A stretch of 64,000 nt of DNA from the human T2T-CHM13v2.0 reference genome, Homo sapiens: NCBI RefSeq assembly GCF_009914755.1, contig NC_060925.1; one strand, written 5' to 3'. Positions 23,875 through 36,120 of the stretch are shown piece by piece. Numbering within the stretch: position 1 is the stretch's first letter; each line of letters starts with the position of its first letter. The position numbers were made by a program, and so were the translations under genes. The notes under the pieces are model-generated. The model was given only the letters and a program-made list of their open reading frames with translations, had not been told where the DNA came from and made no database searches.

Positions 23875-25360
23875 CCTCCTCACCTTTCCTTGCATGGCAT
23901 TCAGTCTCTTCTCCAATTCAGTGTTGACCTGATATCTAAGGCTTGAAAGATGCCAAAGCTTTAGACTGCCCAGGGCCTCCATGACTCGATTTACCCTCAT
24001 CTAGGTAACCAGAGGCCAACCTGACTCAGTGTGAAGGGCAGCATCTCTGGCCTTGGTGGGAGCTTGGGTGCTGGTGGAACCAGCCCTTCTGGTCTCCAGA
24101 GGCAGCATTTGGTCTGTTGAGACTGACACAGAGGCTGCAGCTGATCACAGCCCGGGAGGGGGCAGGTTGGGGTGGTAGTGATTGGGATGACCTTCCTCCC
24201 TGTAACCCCTGAGCCTGGGCTTAGCTGCAAAGTGTTGTAGGGCCTGTGGCACAGAGTGCCCCCATCCCCGTGATACGAGGACAATGACAATGGGGAGCTG
24301 GTGAAGAGGCTCTTTTGTCCAGCTCCATTTTTTTTTTTTTTTTTAATTCAGACTGCCCAGGGCCAAGACCCCAAGTGCTGTACACTGTGAACTGTGTGCA
24401 ACCTTGCTGCTTGGCAAAAAGTTGTGTTCTCGATGCCAAATGTTGACACACTGAATTCAGTATCGACGAGGGACCTTTTAGAAACATTCAGCATAACATA
24501 ATAAACTAATTCATTAGCACCCCATGGGTCTGAATGGGTAGGAGCTGAAGCTTGGAAAACATCGCCTTAAGGAATGACAGATGAAAGTATCTTCCCCATG
24601 ATATCACTGTTATTGCCAGGAAGTGGCATTAATTGTGATTGCTTATCTATTAATTTATTATAATTCTTTTTTCACCTCCAGGCTTTTACCTACACATGAC
24701 ATGTACCAGGGGCTCAGCTGGGGCTGATTAATGCGAGGTTATCTGGGAATGGCTCAAAGCTGGTTGGAACAGATAATGGCAGCTGGGGTAATTAAAATAT
24801 CTTCTGCATGGAAGAAGCAAATTTGGAGAATTTTTTTTAGAGGCGAAGAGTTGGTGATGTGGGTTTCCTAAAGGGAAGGAGATAAATGCCAGATGCCACT
24901 GTCCTCCCAAATAAGCCACAACTGACCAATGGGCACAAAGAGGGAGGATCACGAGGTAGAGGCCTCGGCAACAGGGCCGGAAGTGGATCCTGAAGACCGG
25001 AAGCAGGATATGACTGAGGGAGAGGACCAGGAGCACAGCTGGTGCTCCAACCGATGGGGTTCTGCTGGGAGATACTCTGGGAGACCCCGCCCCATACTCC
25101 ACTGCAGAACTGTGTGTATTGCAAGGGCTATGCCTCCCTGGAAGGGTCCATTCTTCCCGACCCTCAGATTGTGTGGGGAGGAAGGACAGTCAGCTGGAAC
25201 AGCCAAGGACAGGACCAGGAGTCAGGAGCCAAGGCCTCTTGTCACTGATCTGCTATGAAACTTCAGGAAGTGCCTGATGCCAGGTTTCCCCACCAGTCAA
25301 TGGGGAGTGCAAAGTGCCCTGTTGCTGGCCTCAAATGTGTAAAGAGGAAAGTCAGAGGGC

Positions 25361-25666
25361 TTTCTTCTTGCTTTCTTTTTTAAAGTGACAGGGTCTGGCT
25401 CTGTCCCCTAGGCTGGAGTGCAGCGGCACAATCTTAGCTCACGGTAGCCTCTAACTCCTGGGCTCAGGCAATCCTTCTGCCTCAGTTTGCCTTCCAAGTA
25501 GCTGGGACTACAGGCCTGCCCGACTATGCCTGGCTAATATTTTTATTTTTGTAGAGATAGGGTCTCACTATGTTGCCTAGGCTGGTCTTGTACTGGCCTC
25601 AAGTGATCCCCTTGCCTTGGCCTCCCAAAGAGTTGGGATTACTGGTGTGAGCCACAATGTCCAGCC
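25361..25666 (-). mobile_element. AluJ-like
   Basis: Full dimer in reverse; TSD aaagtcagagggcttt / aaaatcagagggtttt. Confidence 0.9.
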
Positions 25667-26039
25667 CTAAAATCAGAGGGTTTTGGAACTGGTGTAGCAT
25701 GGGAGCTGCTGGGATTTCAGGAGGCTCCGTTTCCCCATTGACCTCAATTACCACACCTGAACCAACATGGTCAGGCATTGTGTGGAATCTGAGCCAGCCA
25801 GAGGAGGCCAGGGAACACTTGGTGTGGACTTTCAGCATGATAGGTTTCAGCAGAGGGCTTTGGAGCTGGACAGCTCCCTGCTGCGAAAAAATCCTTGCTC
25901 TGCTCCTTTCTTGCAGAGTGACTTTGAGCCTCAGTTTCCACGTTTCTATAAAACTGGGAGAGTCTATCTCCCTTGGAAAGTTGTTCTGAATTTTGGATGG
26001 GATGGGGTATGTTGAGCACACAGAAAACAAAAGCAGGAT

Positions 26040-26260
26040 GTTTAGTTTATTTAACACTTACACTGTAATAAGTGCCAAGCATTGTTCTAAGCATTTTATG
26101 ACGTCAATGCACTCAGCGTAACAATCCTGTGAGGTAGTAATATTACTGTCACCACTGTATAGATGAGAAAATGAGGCACAGAGAGGTTAAGTAACTTGCC
26201 CAAGGGAGTGGAAGAGTCTCAATTCTAACTCAGGCCAACTGGGATCAGAGTGGTTTTAAC
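26040..26260 (-). mobile_element. MIR
   Basis: agatgagaaaatgaggcacagagaggttaagtaacttgcccaagg. Confidence 0.85.
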
Positions 26261-26321
26261 TAACTGTTGCTATGATGATGTGTTGACAATTTCACGGATT
26301 ACTTTCCACATTGCATTGCAG

Positions 26322-26455
26322 TCATCCATCCGTCCATCCATCCAGCCGTCTGTCCATCCATCTGTCCATCCATCCAGACATTAATGAGCACCTACCATGT
26401 GCCAGCTTCTATGTGGGTGCTGGGGACAGAGAGGTTAACTGGGCACAGTTCTTGT
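26322..26455 (-). mobile_element. L2 3' end with a (TCCA)n tail microsatellite
   Basis: (tcca)n at 26322-26376 followed by tgagcacctaccatgtgccag...gctggggacag. Confidence 0.75.
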
Positions 26456-26796
26456 TTCTTATATACATGAAGGAAGCCACCAGCTTGTGAGCTTTGTGTT
26501 GAATCCATCTATGTACACCCCTCCCACCCAAGTGCCTAGTGCAGTGCCCAGGACCTTGGAGAGCATTTGTATATGGCTGCTGGATAAATGAATCAATGGA
26601 TGATTAAGAAAATGAAGAAAAATGGACACTGGCCGGGGCTAGTCTCTGTTCCCTAGAGACTTTAGCACACCACAGCTACCCTGGGTACATCATATCCCAG
26701 TTGACCATCCATTCCTCCTCTGCCTCTTCTCACCATCTCTTTCTCTGATTATCACCCACTTTCCCAGATCCAATTGTGGACTGGCTGAGCATCAGT

Positions 26797-26995
26797 CAAT
26801 GTTTCTCAATGGGGCACCATAGCTATCTGGGGCTGGACAACTCATCTCCAGAATCTTGCCCATCATAGAATGTCTAGCATCCCTGATCCCCACTCACTAA
26901 TTTCCAGTCTTGGTGACAAATAAATGACTAGCTCCCATATAGCTAAATGCTCCCAGGGTGAGGGTTGTGTCACCAGCAAGATTGCAGAAACCACC
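26797..26995 (-). mobile_element. MER20-like hAT MITE
   Basis: gtttctcaa...ggcaccat...ggctggacaa...tagcatccctg...gtgacaa...gaaaccac. Confidence 0.55.
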
Positions 26996-27984
26996 CTTGG
27001 GACAGACGACGACTACTTCTTGGCCAATCAGCTGAGGTCTGCCCATGGGTAGAGAGAAAGAATGCTCTCTAAGGTCCTGGGCACTGAGCTAGGCACTTGG
27101 GTGGGAGGGGTGTACAGAGATGGATCCAACACAGAATATAAGATAGAGCCACCAAGCAGAAAGCCTTGGGACATTGGGAGGTTTCAGTAGAATTGGGGTC
27201 AGAGCAGGAACAAAATCTTCCTATCTCCTTCACCCACCCTGAGTACTGCCCTCGCCACCCACTCTGTCTGCACAGGGCTTGTGATTAAACCCCCTCTGGG
27301 CCTTGCTCCAAGTCCCAGCCGTAAATATCCTATTAAAAGCATCTCTGCCTGGCTCAAGCCTCATTCCAAGGCCGGGGTGGAGGGTCGTTGAGTTGGTAAA
27401 ATGGCAGGGCCTGAAGCTTTGGCCCCTCAGCCCTGCAGCCTGGCTGACCTTCCAGGACAAGACTCTGGGGAAGGCACCACCCCAGTGACCCCAGTACCTT
27501 CCACGTTAATGCCATTGGCCACTGGGGTCAAGATCGAAGGTCTTAAAGAGAGGATCCTAGTGTCCCCGGGTCCAGGAGTTGCTCTCAGCACCCTAAGATC
27601 TCAGGATGGGATGGGGAGGGCTGCCATGAGTGGGGAGAAAGTTGTGGACCCCTGGAATGTGCCCCACCCCACCTTCCCAGTCTTGCTCCTCTGCCCTGCT
27701 CCCAGCTCTGGACAGAGGTAGAGTTTCAGGGGTCTGGTAGCCTCCATTGACTTTCCAGGAGACAGCATGGCAGGAAGAAGCCAGCTTAGGTGGGCGGAAA
27801 TCCAGAAGGGATTCAGGGGAGCTGGCTTCACTCTGCCTGATCTCATTCACCAGCTTCCAGGATCCCTTTCTCCCAGCATGGCTCCTGGCAGGTCCCCAGG
27901 TCTGAGCCCTGGATCAGGAGAATCGCAGGGTGGCTCCTGAGCTCTGCTGTGGGCACAGGGTGCAGAGGGAGGGACTGTAGGGAG

Positions 27985-28165
27985 GATAAGTGCTTAATAA
28001 CCAGCTCTCTGGGGGAGGCGGCTCTTATTTGTAGCATTTGCTCACTTCCATTGTGTAAGCGTTCCCGTCACAGTGATTTCAAGCTACCAACATGACATGG
28101 ACTTAGGAGGAGATAATGCAATTGGCTCTCGCCCGCTGGATCAAGCCAGCTCCTGCATACCATGA
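27985..28165 (-). mobile_element. MER63-family MITE
   Basis: aataaccagctctct...atttgtagcatttgc...gatttcaagctaccaa, reverse of the element at 21619. Confidence 0.68.
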
Positions 28166-28829
28166 AGAACTAACTTGCCTCTTGGCCTTTGCTTATGCTG
28201 TTCCTTCTGCATACAATGTCCTTCCTCTTTCTCCCTTGGTGAACTCCTATGGATCTTTCGAGGCCTAGTTCAAGTATCTGGTTTTCTGTAAGACTGCCTC
28301 AAACTTCCCACCTTCCACCAGACCCTCAGAACCTACGGGGTCGTAGATGCTGGGTAGGGAGAGCTAGCTGGGTGCTGGATAAATGAATGAATATGGTTAG
28401 AGGCCTACAGGGCTGCAGTGGCTGGGCAGACACATACTGCAGGAGGCTTTTTGAAAAGCGACAGGATGGTCAGTGAGGCTGTCACTCACCCCAGACCTGG
28501 GATGGGTGGAATAGTCTGCCCAGGGCCCCAGCAGGGTCTGAAGGTGTCTATCTGCAAGGCAGTGAGGCTCAGGATGGGTGCCCTTTTGGCACAGGAATCT
28601 CTTTATTCTGCTGAACTCAGGCCACAGCTAATTATCCTAATGGGTTTAAATGGCCCTAAATGTTCTCAGAGTTTGGACAGGACCCATCTGGAGCCTGTAG
28701 GTGGGCTGGGCTAGCTGACAGTGAGTGGGCAGACTTCAGTATGAATGTGGACAGAATCCAAAGCGACAATTCCCGTGAGGCCCGAGATATGCGTGGGGAA
28801 GTGTGGGCTAGGAACCGAGGGCCATGATA

Positions 28830-29040
28830 ATCATAATAGTGAATACTTCCAGAGCTCCTCATGTACCAGGCACTGCGTGTTACCTTATTAACTCATTTGG
28901 TGCTCACAGTAATCCTAGGAGGCAGAAGCCCATTTTGCAGAGGAAGAAACTGAGGCAGGGAGGTTAAGTGACTTAGCCAAGGAACCACAGTGGTGAGCAG
29001 AGGAGCTGGTGTTCACATTGGCTCCAGAGTTCACATCCTT
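28830..29040 (-). mobile_element. MIR
   Basis: cccattttgcagaggaagaaactgaggcagggaggttaagtgacttagccaagg. Confidence 0.8.
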
Positions 29041-29234
29041 AATTATAACATGATGCTGCCTCTCACAAGTGGGCAGGTCACAAAGACATATTTGTGCCCT
29101 TACCTGGGGCCACCCCTACAGCCTGAGGAAGCTGCAGCAATTGTCTTCAGTGGGCTGGCCCAGGCTAAGCCACAATGAACTTGATCCATGAGAGTCCCAC
29201 CCCTTTCCCGTGCCAGGACCCAGAGGTACATTAC

Positions 29235-29288
29235 CAGAGTGGTGAAGATGAAGTGGTAGTACTCAGTCATCATGCCCATGGCCATGGC
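29235..29288 (-). CDS. GRIK3: GluK3 exon 5 (54 bp, phase 0-0)
   Basis: cactaacactctgcttttctgcag|GCCATG ... ACTCTG|gtaatg; encodes AMAMGMMTEYYHFIFTTL. Confidence 0.96.
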
Positions 29289-30174
29289 CTGCAGAAAAGC
29301 AGAGTGTTAGTGATCAGCAGGGAACCCCTGGGCAGCCCTCCCCGCATCCCCACCCAGGGCTGAGAATGGGGCTGGCAGTTGGTTGGGGAAGGCTGGCTGC
29401 TTGGAGTAAGGTGTCCTCTGAGACCACCTCTGAACAATGACAATGACTGCCTGGCAGACAGCAGTGGATTTCACACTGGAGTGTGCTGTAAAGTCACCTG
29501 GGACAGATTAAAATGCAGATTTTTGGGTCACATTCTTCAAAGATTCCAAATTCTGCAGGGCCCGTGGGGTCTAGCTGCCTCTTTTGAGTAAGCGTCTCCC
29601 GGCCTGCCACACTTAGAGAAATGCTGATGGCGTCAGTCTGAGGCTGTCTTCTCAAGTGCCCTGGACTCCACTCAGCTGAGCTCCCTGTCCTGGATCCAGA
29701 GGCAGTACGTTTCCCCCCAACCCTGCTAACCCCCTGGCCTAGCCAGGCCTGAGCTGGGAGGTCTGTCTTCAGCCTCCCCAAGAAGGGCTGAGGCATCCCT
29801 GCTCCCTTAGTCCTGGCTGACCACAAAGCAGGCCACATGGCCACTGTGGAATTCTTACCGTCTGCCATCATGAAGTCTGCACTATCTATAGTTTATGTAT
29901 TTTATTAGAAGCCTATAATCTATTATACTAATGACTATAATGCATTTTCTACAGAGTTCCTCAGAATGCTGGGCCCACAGAGGGCTCTGGGGAAAATGTC
30001 ACCGGTTCAAGTACACTTTGCAAATGCTGCCCATTCCCTCCCGCCTTTGAAGAGTCACAGCCCACCTCAGCACGTTAAAGTCTCAGAGAAGTCCTGCAAG
30101 AAGCTAATTGGCTTAACTTCATTTAAATCTGGCTTTGGCTCAGCTCAGAATCTTCATTTCTAATTCCAGAAGTT

Positions 30175-30320
30175 TTAAAATCAGACAGACCTGGGAGTCC
30201 ATTCTGGCTTCCTGCCTGGATGACCTTGGGTCCATTACTTTCCCCTTGAGCCTCAGTTTCCTTACCTATAAATTGGGCACAAGAATTCTCCCTGTTTCCC
30301 AGTGTGGTGATAAATGAGGA
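30175..30320 (+). mobile_element. MIR
   Basis: cagacagacctggg...gaccttggg...gagcctcagtttccttacctataaattggg. Confidence 0.78.
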
Positions 30321-31674
30321 GCTACATGGACCCGGCAGAGGGCAACTGCCGAGTAAACCAAAGCTGTGATTGTCACCATTCTTCTGTTACACATGCTGTC
30401 TGGGTGGTGGGGGTGGGGGTAGGGGGGAGAAGAGGCACTGGGCACAGCTGATCGGGAGGCTAGGGGTTATAGGCTTTCTGGGGCATGTGTGTTTCCTCGA
30501 CAGCAGCTTTAAAGATGCCCAACGCTGGGTGTCAACTGCCTGCTGGGTGTCAGAAGAAACTCCTGATGTTTTCCTTGTTGCACTGAAGCCTCCATAATGG
30601 TATGAGATGGGGATTATGAACCTCATCTACAGAGGAGGGGAATGACTCCTGGGCCTCTTGCTCCAGGGCACACAACGTGAAAGGGCAGAAGCAGAACTCA
30701 AACCCTCAAATGAGCCTTTTAAGTGCGGTGTAAAGGAGCTTCCTTTGTGAGGAGCCAGGGATAGAGGCTGCCATTCAGGCCTGGCACCCCCGATGGGGCC
30801 CAACTGGAGGATGGGACTTGAGCCCCTCAAGGCCTCGAGAACACTCCGGCTCAGCGTGTCTCCTCCTGCACCCCTTAAATCACCTGGACCCTGAGGGGTC
30901 ATGTGTCAAAGCCCCACAGAATGCCTCCTCCAGTCACCAGAAATGCTTTCTGGGATGACATAATTGCCTTTTACACAAAGCGCCAGCTCAAATCAGTTTT
31001 TGGTTTCCGCTGTGGCACCCTTGGAGCGGGTGGTAGGCGATTTCACTGTTTATTTTCTTAGGTGACTGGCGGAGCTTGGCTCTCGTCCCCAGCAGGCCAT
31101 GCTGAGCTGTGTTTGGGAACGAAGGCCCATCCAGGACTGAGAGCCATTCTCCTCCCCCTCTGTCACTGCAGAGCTGAGCAGATGGTACGAGAGCCTTGAT
31201 AAAGCTCCCAGTAATAGGAGAGTAACACCAAGTGCCGTGGGCTACGGGGAATTAGTCACTGGAAGAGGCGGTGAGGCATTCTGGGGGCTGTTCCTGAGAA
31301 TCTGAGGCCTCTCTGCTTCCTGGAGTGCTCTGCTCCTGTGTGGCTGTGGGTACCTCCCGGCAGCCTCTGCCTCCAACCAGCACAGAGGTGGGATGGAAAC
31401 TCGTGTCTACTCAGCACTCTCCCTGTGTCAGGCCGGGCTGGGCGGATCATCCATCCTTACGCCAACTCACAGAGTAAATACTGCAGTGTCCGTTTTGCTA
31501 CTGGTGAAAATGAGGCTCAGAGAGGCAAACCACCCAAGGTCACACAGCAGGAAAGTGGCAGAGCTAGGAGTCAAACTTAGATCTGGCAGCATCACACCCA
31601 CATTTGGGAAGGGGACGTGGGAGAAGTGGCCAGCAGACCCCAGTCATCTGTCCCGGTGGCCAGCACTCACGCAC

Positions 31675-31856
31675 CTGCTTGAGGATCTGGGCCGCCATAG
31701 TGTGGCTGCAGTCGAAGATAATGCGGAATTCCCGGCCTCGCTTCATCTCCTTGAGCAAGGGGCGCGAGTCGTCAGAGTCGATGGGGAGCTGACGGATCTT
31801 CAGGCGGATGTTGTATCTTGATGGGGCCATGATGAGCTCCTGCAGTCGGATGAGCC
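31675..31856 (-). CDS. GRIK3: GluK3 exon 4 (182 bp, phase 1-0)
   Basis: cctcag|GGCTCATC ... AAGCAG|gtgcgt; encodes [24 protein letters not shown]...[11 protein letters not shown]. Confidence 0.96.
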
Positions 31857-31877
31857 CTGAGGGGCCATGGAGCACAA

Positions 31878-32170
31878 AAGACACACGTGTACCACATGTA
31901 TCCACAGCTCCAGGCATCCACTTGGACTTGTGTGCACACACATGCCCATGGCCACAGGTCTGCAGACATACACGGGCAGAAACGTGGCCCACAGAGACTT
32001 GTGCACGTGCATGGACAACACTGGAGAGCAGGTGTGTGTGCACATACAAACACATGGCTACACGCACGTGCATGTCAATATGGGCAGGAATACACTTGGG
32101 CTTATCAACACGTGTGTATATGTAGATTAAGGCCTGTGCACACAGTGGTGCAGTACACACATATGTAGAT
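31878..32170. repeat. Degenerate alternating purine-pyrimidine (CA/TG) tract next to the exon 4 acceptor
   Basis: acacacgtgtaccacatgta...gtgtgtgtgcacatacaaacacatgg...acacgtgtgtatatgt. Confidence 0.75.
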
Positions 32171-33129
32171 TCAAAAGTAGGCACAGATAGCAAATTCCCA
32201 CTGACCACACCCATCTGCTTCTCTCTAACCCAGAATGGGTGTAAAGCCTTCAGGGCCTAAATCAGAGTTCACCCCTCTTCTTCTGTACCCACCCCCAACA
32301 TTGTGAGACATGGGACATGATTTCCCTCAACATCTCCAGCGAGCTGCTTCCAGGATATGGGCACAAAAGGCAGCTCCAGCCTCAGTGGTACTAACCTGTA
32401 CCAACCACTGGGCTGGGTAAGGCCAGGAGGTATTTGTGTCTCCGCCCTCGTCCTCACTAAGGGCAGTCTGCCTTGGTAAACCTTACCCACTTTTTCAGGT
32501 TTAGTGCAACCACCTCCTCCATGAAGCCTTCCTCTTTTGCTCTGTCCAGAAAAGATCACCCTCTCCTCCAACTCAGTGGCCTCCTCCCTCAGCAATGGCC
32601 TCCTCTGGCCCCACCTCATTCCCCTCATCCTGCCACCAGCACGTTGATATCTGGGGCTGGGTTCCCACCACCCCCAGCACAGGGCCTGGCACTCAGGTGG
32701 TACTCAACAAAAGTTTCCATAATTGGACTGACTTACTGTTTTTTGTTTTTTGTTTTTCCTCCCACACTGAAAAATCTATCCTCTACCTTGGTTGGCGTTT
32801 TTGTAAAACCACTTAATCTGAGGACTTCCAGGGAAAACTGAATGTCACTTTCTGGAGACAAATGGCTTACTTAGGTCTAATTAAGTTCGTTTCTGTCCCT
32901 ATTTCAAGGTCCATTTTTGCTGACTTCTTTCTGCATAGCCTGGGAGCAAGCCTGCTTGTTACTCTGTATATACTTCCCGCCCCTTCCTCCCCTCCAAAGA
33001 AGAAGCTGAGCCAGCACACGGCCAGGTCCCAAGAGGGCCATCCCCTCCTGCTTGCTTGGTCCCTAGTCATCCCCAGGACTCAGTGTCTGGTCCTGGTGAC
33101 ACAGTTCACACAGCATGTCCCACCCCTGC

Positions 33130-33630
33130 CCCCCCACCACTAATGGCACTTCAATTTTCCTTTGGGGAAAAACTTCTCCCCCACTCTTAGTTTCTGTGAC
33201 TCAGGAGGGGTCCATCGTCAGCTCTAGGGGCAAAGCACATGGCCCCAGCCTGGGAATAGGTATTGACTCAGAGATAGGTACAATACCATTGACTCTCAGA
33301 AACTGTGTTAGAACAACTGGCACAAAAAGAGGGTGAGAAACACTCCCTTTTTCACTCAACTTCAAATATGGAGGTTGTAAGTCCAGGGTCCCCACGTAGA
33401 CCTCGAGAAGGATTCCACCAGGACAGATGTCAGAGAGAACAAGTAGCAAAGAAGTCCTAATGATCTTCACTTCAGCCTCTGGATCAAATGGTGCCTGAAG
33501 CTAAAATTAGCTCCAAACTTTCCAGTAAAGGAAACCAAATTGCTGCCCCCAAACTTTTTTTGCTTAAGCCAGTTTGCACTGGATTAAAGTTTTCAATCAA
33601 CTGTTACTCTATCTGGAAAGAGTCCCCCTG
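33130..33630 (+). mobile_element. Old ERVL/MaLR-type solo LTR (LTR16/LTR33/MLT1-like)
   Basis: ggatcaaatggtgcctgaagct...ttttttgcttaagccagtttg 3' signature. Confidence 0.6.
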
Positions 33631-34867
33631 ACCTCACTCAGATAGCCCTCTCCAAAAGCCTTCCGGCAGAGAATCCCAGTTTCCAAAACAATCTCTGGTA
33701 CACACCCCTGAGTCTGTTTAGCAATTATTCTCATTCCTGAGGGCTGGACATCAGGAAAGCAATCTGATTGGTGTCCATCATCTCACTTTGCTTCGGGGAC
33801 AGACATGTATGCTCGTAGCCTAAGCCTCCTAAAGAGCTTCCACACAAGCTTTGCCATGACTGGGCATCAGGAACCCCCAGCCCACTGAAGACTCAAACCC
33901 ATGTGCTGGAGTTGGGAGACGGCTATGTAGTCCCAGAGTGGTCTGGATCAAACAGGTGCCCTGTGCTTCCTAATACCAGACTTGATGGGGAGGAGGAAGA
34001 GGCTATCAGTTGACCTTCACATAGAAGGGAGAGGCCACAAGCTATCACAAGACACACACACAGGCTATCCCCCTCCCAATGTATCCCAGAAATTCTTGAT
34101 TAGGTTGAATGATGCTTCCCTTTCATATCTGTTACCCCGTGAGGTCCAGGGTGCACAGTTTGCTCCTCCCTGTTTGGTTTTGAGACTTATGTGCAGCATC
34201 AGCAGGCATGTGGGCTTTGGGGACCCAGGCTATGAGGACTGGGACAGGCTGGATGCTGGAGCAGAGGCCACCAGGGCCTTCTTGTCAGCCAAGCACATCG
34301 CCCCATGTAATGCATGGTGACCCACATTCTCCAGCAGCAAATGTCAGCCCTCCTTCCCATCAGTGTATTCCCAAAGGAGACCAGAGGCTCCTCTCAGCCC
34401 ACTCCAGCAGAGGACTAGGCTCTCTTTGTTTGCCTGAGATGAGCTTTCCTTTCTGGCTGCTCCCCTAATCAATCTCTCTTAAAATATCTGCAGTGAATCA
34501 TGGTTGTTGGAATCATGCTTTTCACTCACAAAGCGCTTCTGCATTCATTACCCTATTTAACCATCTCCCAATCCTAGAAGGCATATAGAACAAGGATTTT
34601 CATTCCAATGTTACAGAGAAAAATCCCAAGGACCACAGAGGTTAAGTAACACCACAGAGGTTAAGTGATTATGGAATCATAATTAGAGACCCAATAACAT
34701 TTTGACTCCTAGGCTGTAGCCCTTTCCTTCATCCCAGGTTTTTGTTTGTTTGTTTGTTTAATCCCATCCTTTCACCCTCAAGATGAGTTTGTCTTTATGC
34801 ATAGAATAGATAAGGCACAAAGCTCGTGGGGCAAACACTGGCTGCCTTCTCAATAGCCATTCCCCTT

Positions 34868-35340
34868 GGGGGAGATTGCAGCCATGACCCCAATTCTTCA
34901 CCTCTCCTTATAACCACACCCTTTGCCATGTAACTTTGCAGGGCCCTCCAATTGGGCTCACCCATGTGAATTGTTTTGGCCAGTGGGATGTTGGCAGGTA
35001 CCATGCAGGCAAACAGTTGAAATGGAATTGTACATTGGGTTTGCTCTCTCGCCCCTCTGCAATTGTCATGACAATGTGCCTCGGCTATCCTGCTGGAGGA
35101 TGAGAGACAGGTGGAGAGCTGAATATACCTGCATTTCAGTCAAGGCCAGCCTAGATCAACCAACAGCCAGCTGACCACCAAGCAGGTGAGTGATCCAGGT
35201 GAACCCAGAAAAACGACCTAGCCAAGTTCAAGAAATCACTGACCCTGTGGACTTGTGAGTTAAACAAATGCTTATTATTTTAAGCCACTGAGTTTTTGAG
35301 GTGGTTTGTTACACAGCATTATTATAGAAAGAGATAACAA
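34868..35340 (+). mobile_element. MLT1 (G/H-like) MaLR solo LTR
   Basis: ttttggccagtgggatgttggcag...aaatgcttattattttaagccactgagttttt...ggtttgttacacagca. Confidence 0.8.
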
Positions 35341-35344
35341 CTGC

Positions 35345-36120
35345 ACTCCCTTCCAGCATTCTAAAAGAACTGTGATTGTGTTTGGGTGAAAATGCACCAG
35401 TCCCATGAGATGACTCGTGATTGGCAGGAGCCAATCAGTGGCAATCCCATTCCCATCTGACAATGTCTAGAATAATAGGTATGGACCCAGTGAGCTATAC
35501 AGGATTGTCTTCTAGAAGGTTCTGAGACAGATCTTCCTCTTTGATAAGAGGCATGAGTCACATTAAGAAAAATCTCATTGGGCTGGTTGTGGTGGCTCAT
35601 ACCTATAATCTCAGTGCTTTGAGAGGCTAAAGCAGGAGTTTGAGACCAGCCTTGGCAATACAGCAAGACTCTGACTCTATAAAAAAATTTAAAACTTAGC
35701 AGGGCATGGTGGTATGTTCCTGGGTTCCAGCTACTTGGGAGGCTGAGGTGGGAGGACCGTTTGAGCCCTGGAGTTCAAGGTTGCCAGGAGCCATGATTGT
35801 GCCACTGCATTCCAGCCTGGGTGACAGAGTGAGACCCTGTCTCTAAAATAAAAAAATAATGAAGAAGAAAATCCCATTGGCCTCTACCTTCTGTATGCCA
35901 CCTACTGCATGCTCCGAGCTTCAGCAGCCCTATTGTGACTATGAGCTGAAGGCCAAGAGAGCTGTGGCAATACTGACCCAGCACCCTGACTTTGTCAAGC
36001 TGCTAAATCATCCCAGGAAAGGCCCATCTCCAGAATTCTTGTCAGTGAGATAACGGTTTATTGCTTGAGTCAATGTGAGTTGGGCTGTCTGTTACTTGCA
36101 GCCAAAACATCCTGATGGAC
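35345..36120 (+). mobile_element. Old ERVL/MaLR LTR interrupted by an Alu
   Basis: agccaatcag...cttcagcagcc...gagttgggctgtctgttacttgcagccaaaacatcctga. Confidence 0.55.
35581..35860 (+). mobile_element. AluJ-like with a left-arm deletion
   Basis: ggctggttgtggtggctcatacctataatc...; TSD aagaaaaatctcattg / aagaaaatcccattg. Confidence 0.9.

Larger units (their letters stand above)
23434..24744 (+). repeat. Dispersed direct duplication of about 180 bp (copies 23434-23677 including MADE1, and 24564-24744)
   Basis: Manual alignment of the 157 bp after MADE1 gives about 18 mismatches and one 3-nt gap (about 87% identity). Confidence 0.93.

Noticed and set aside
31564-32214. 216-aa ORF, the longest in the track
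   Set aside because: It is exon 4 plus stop-poor CA/TG low-complexity flanks; only the exon part is protein-like.
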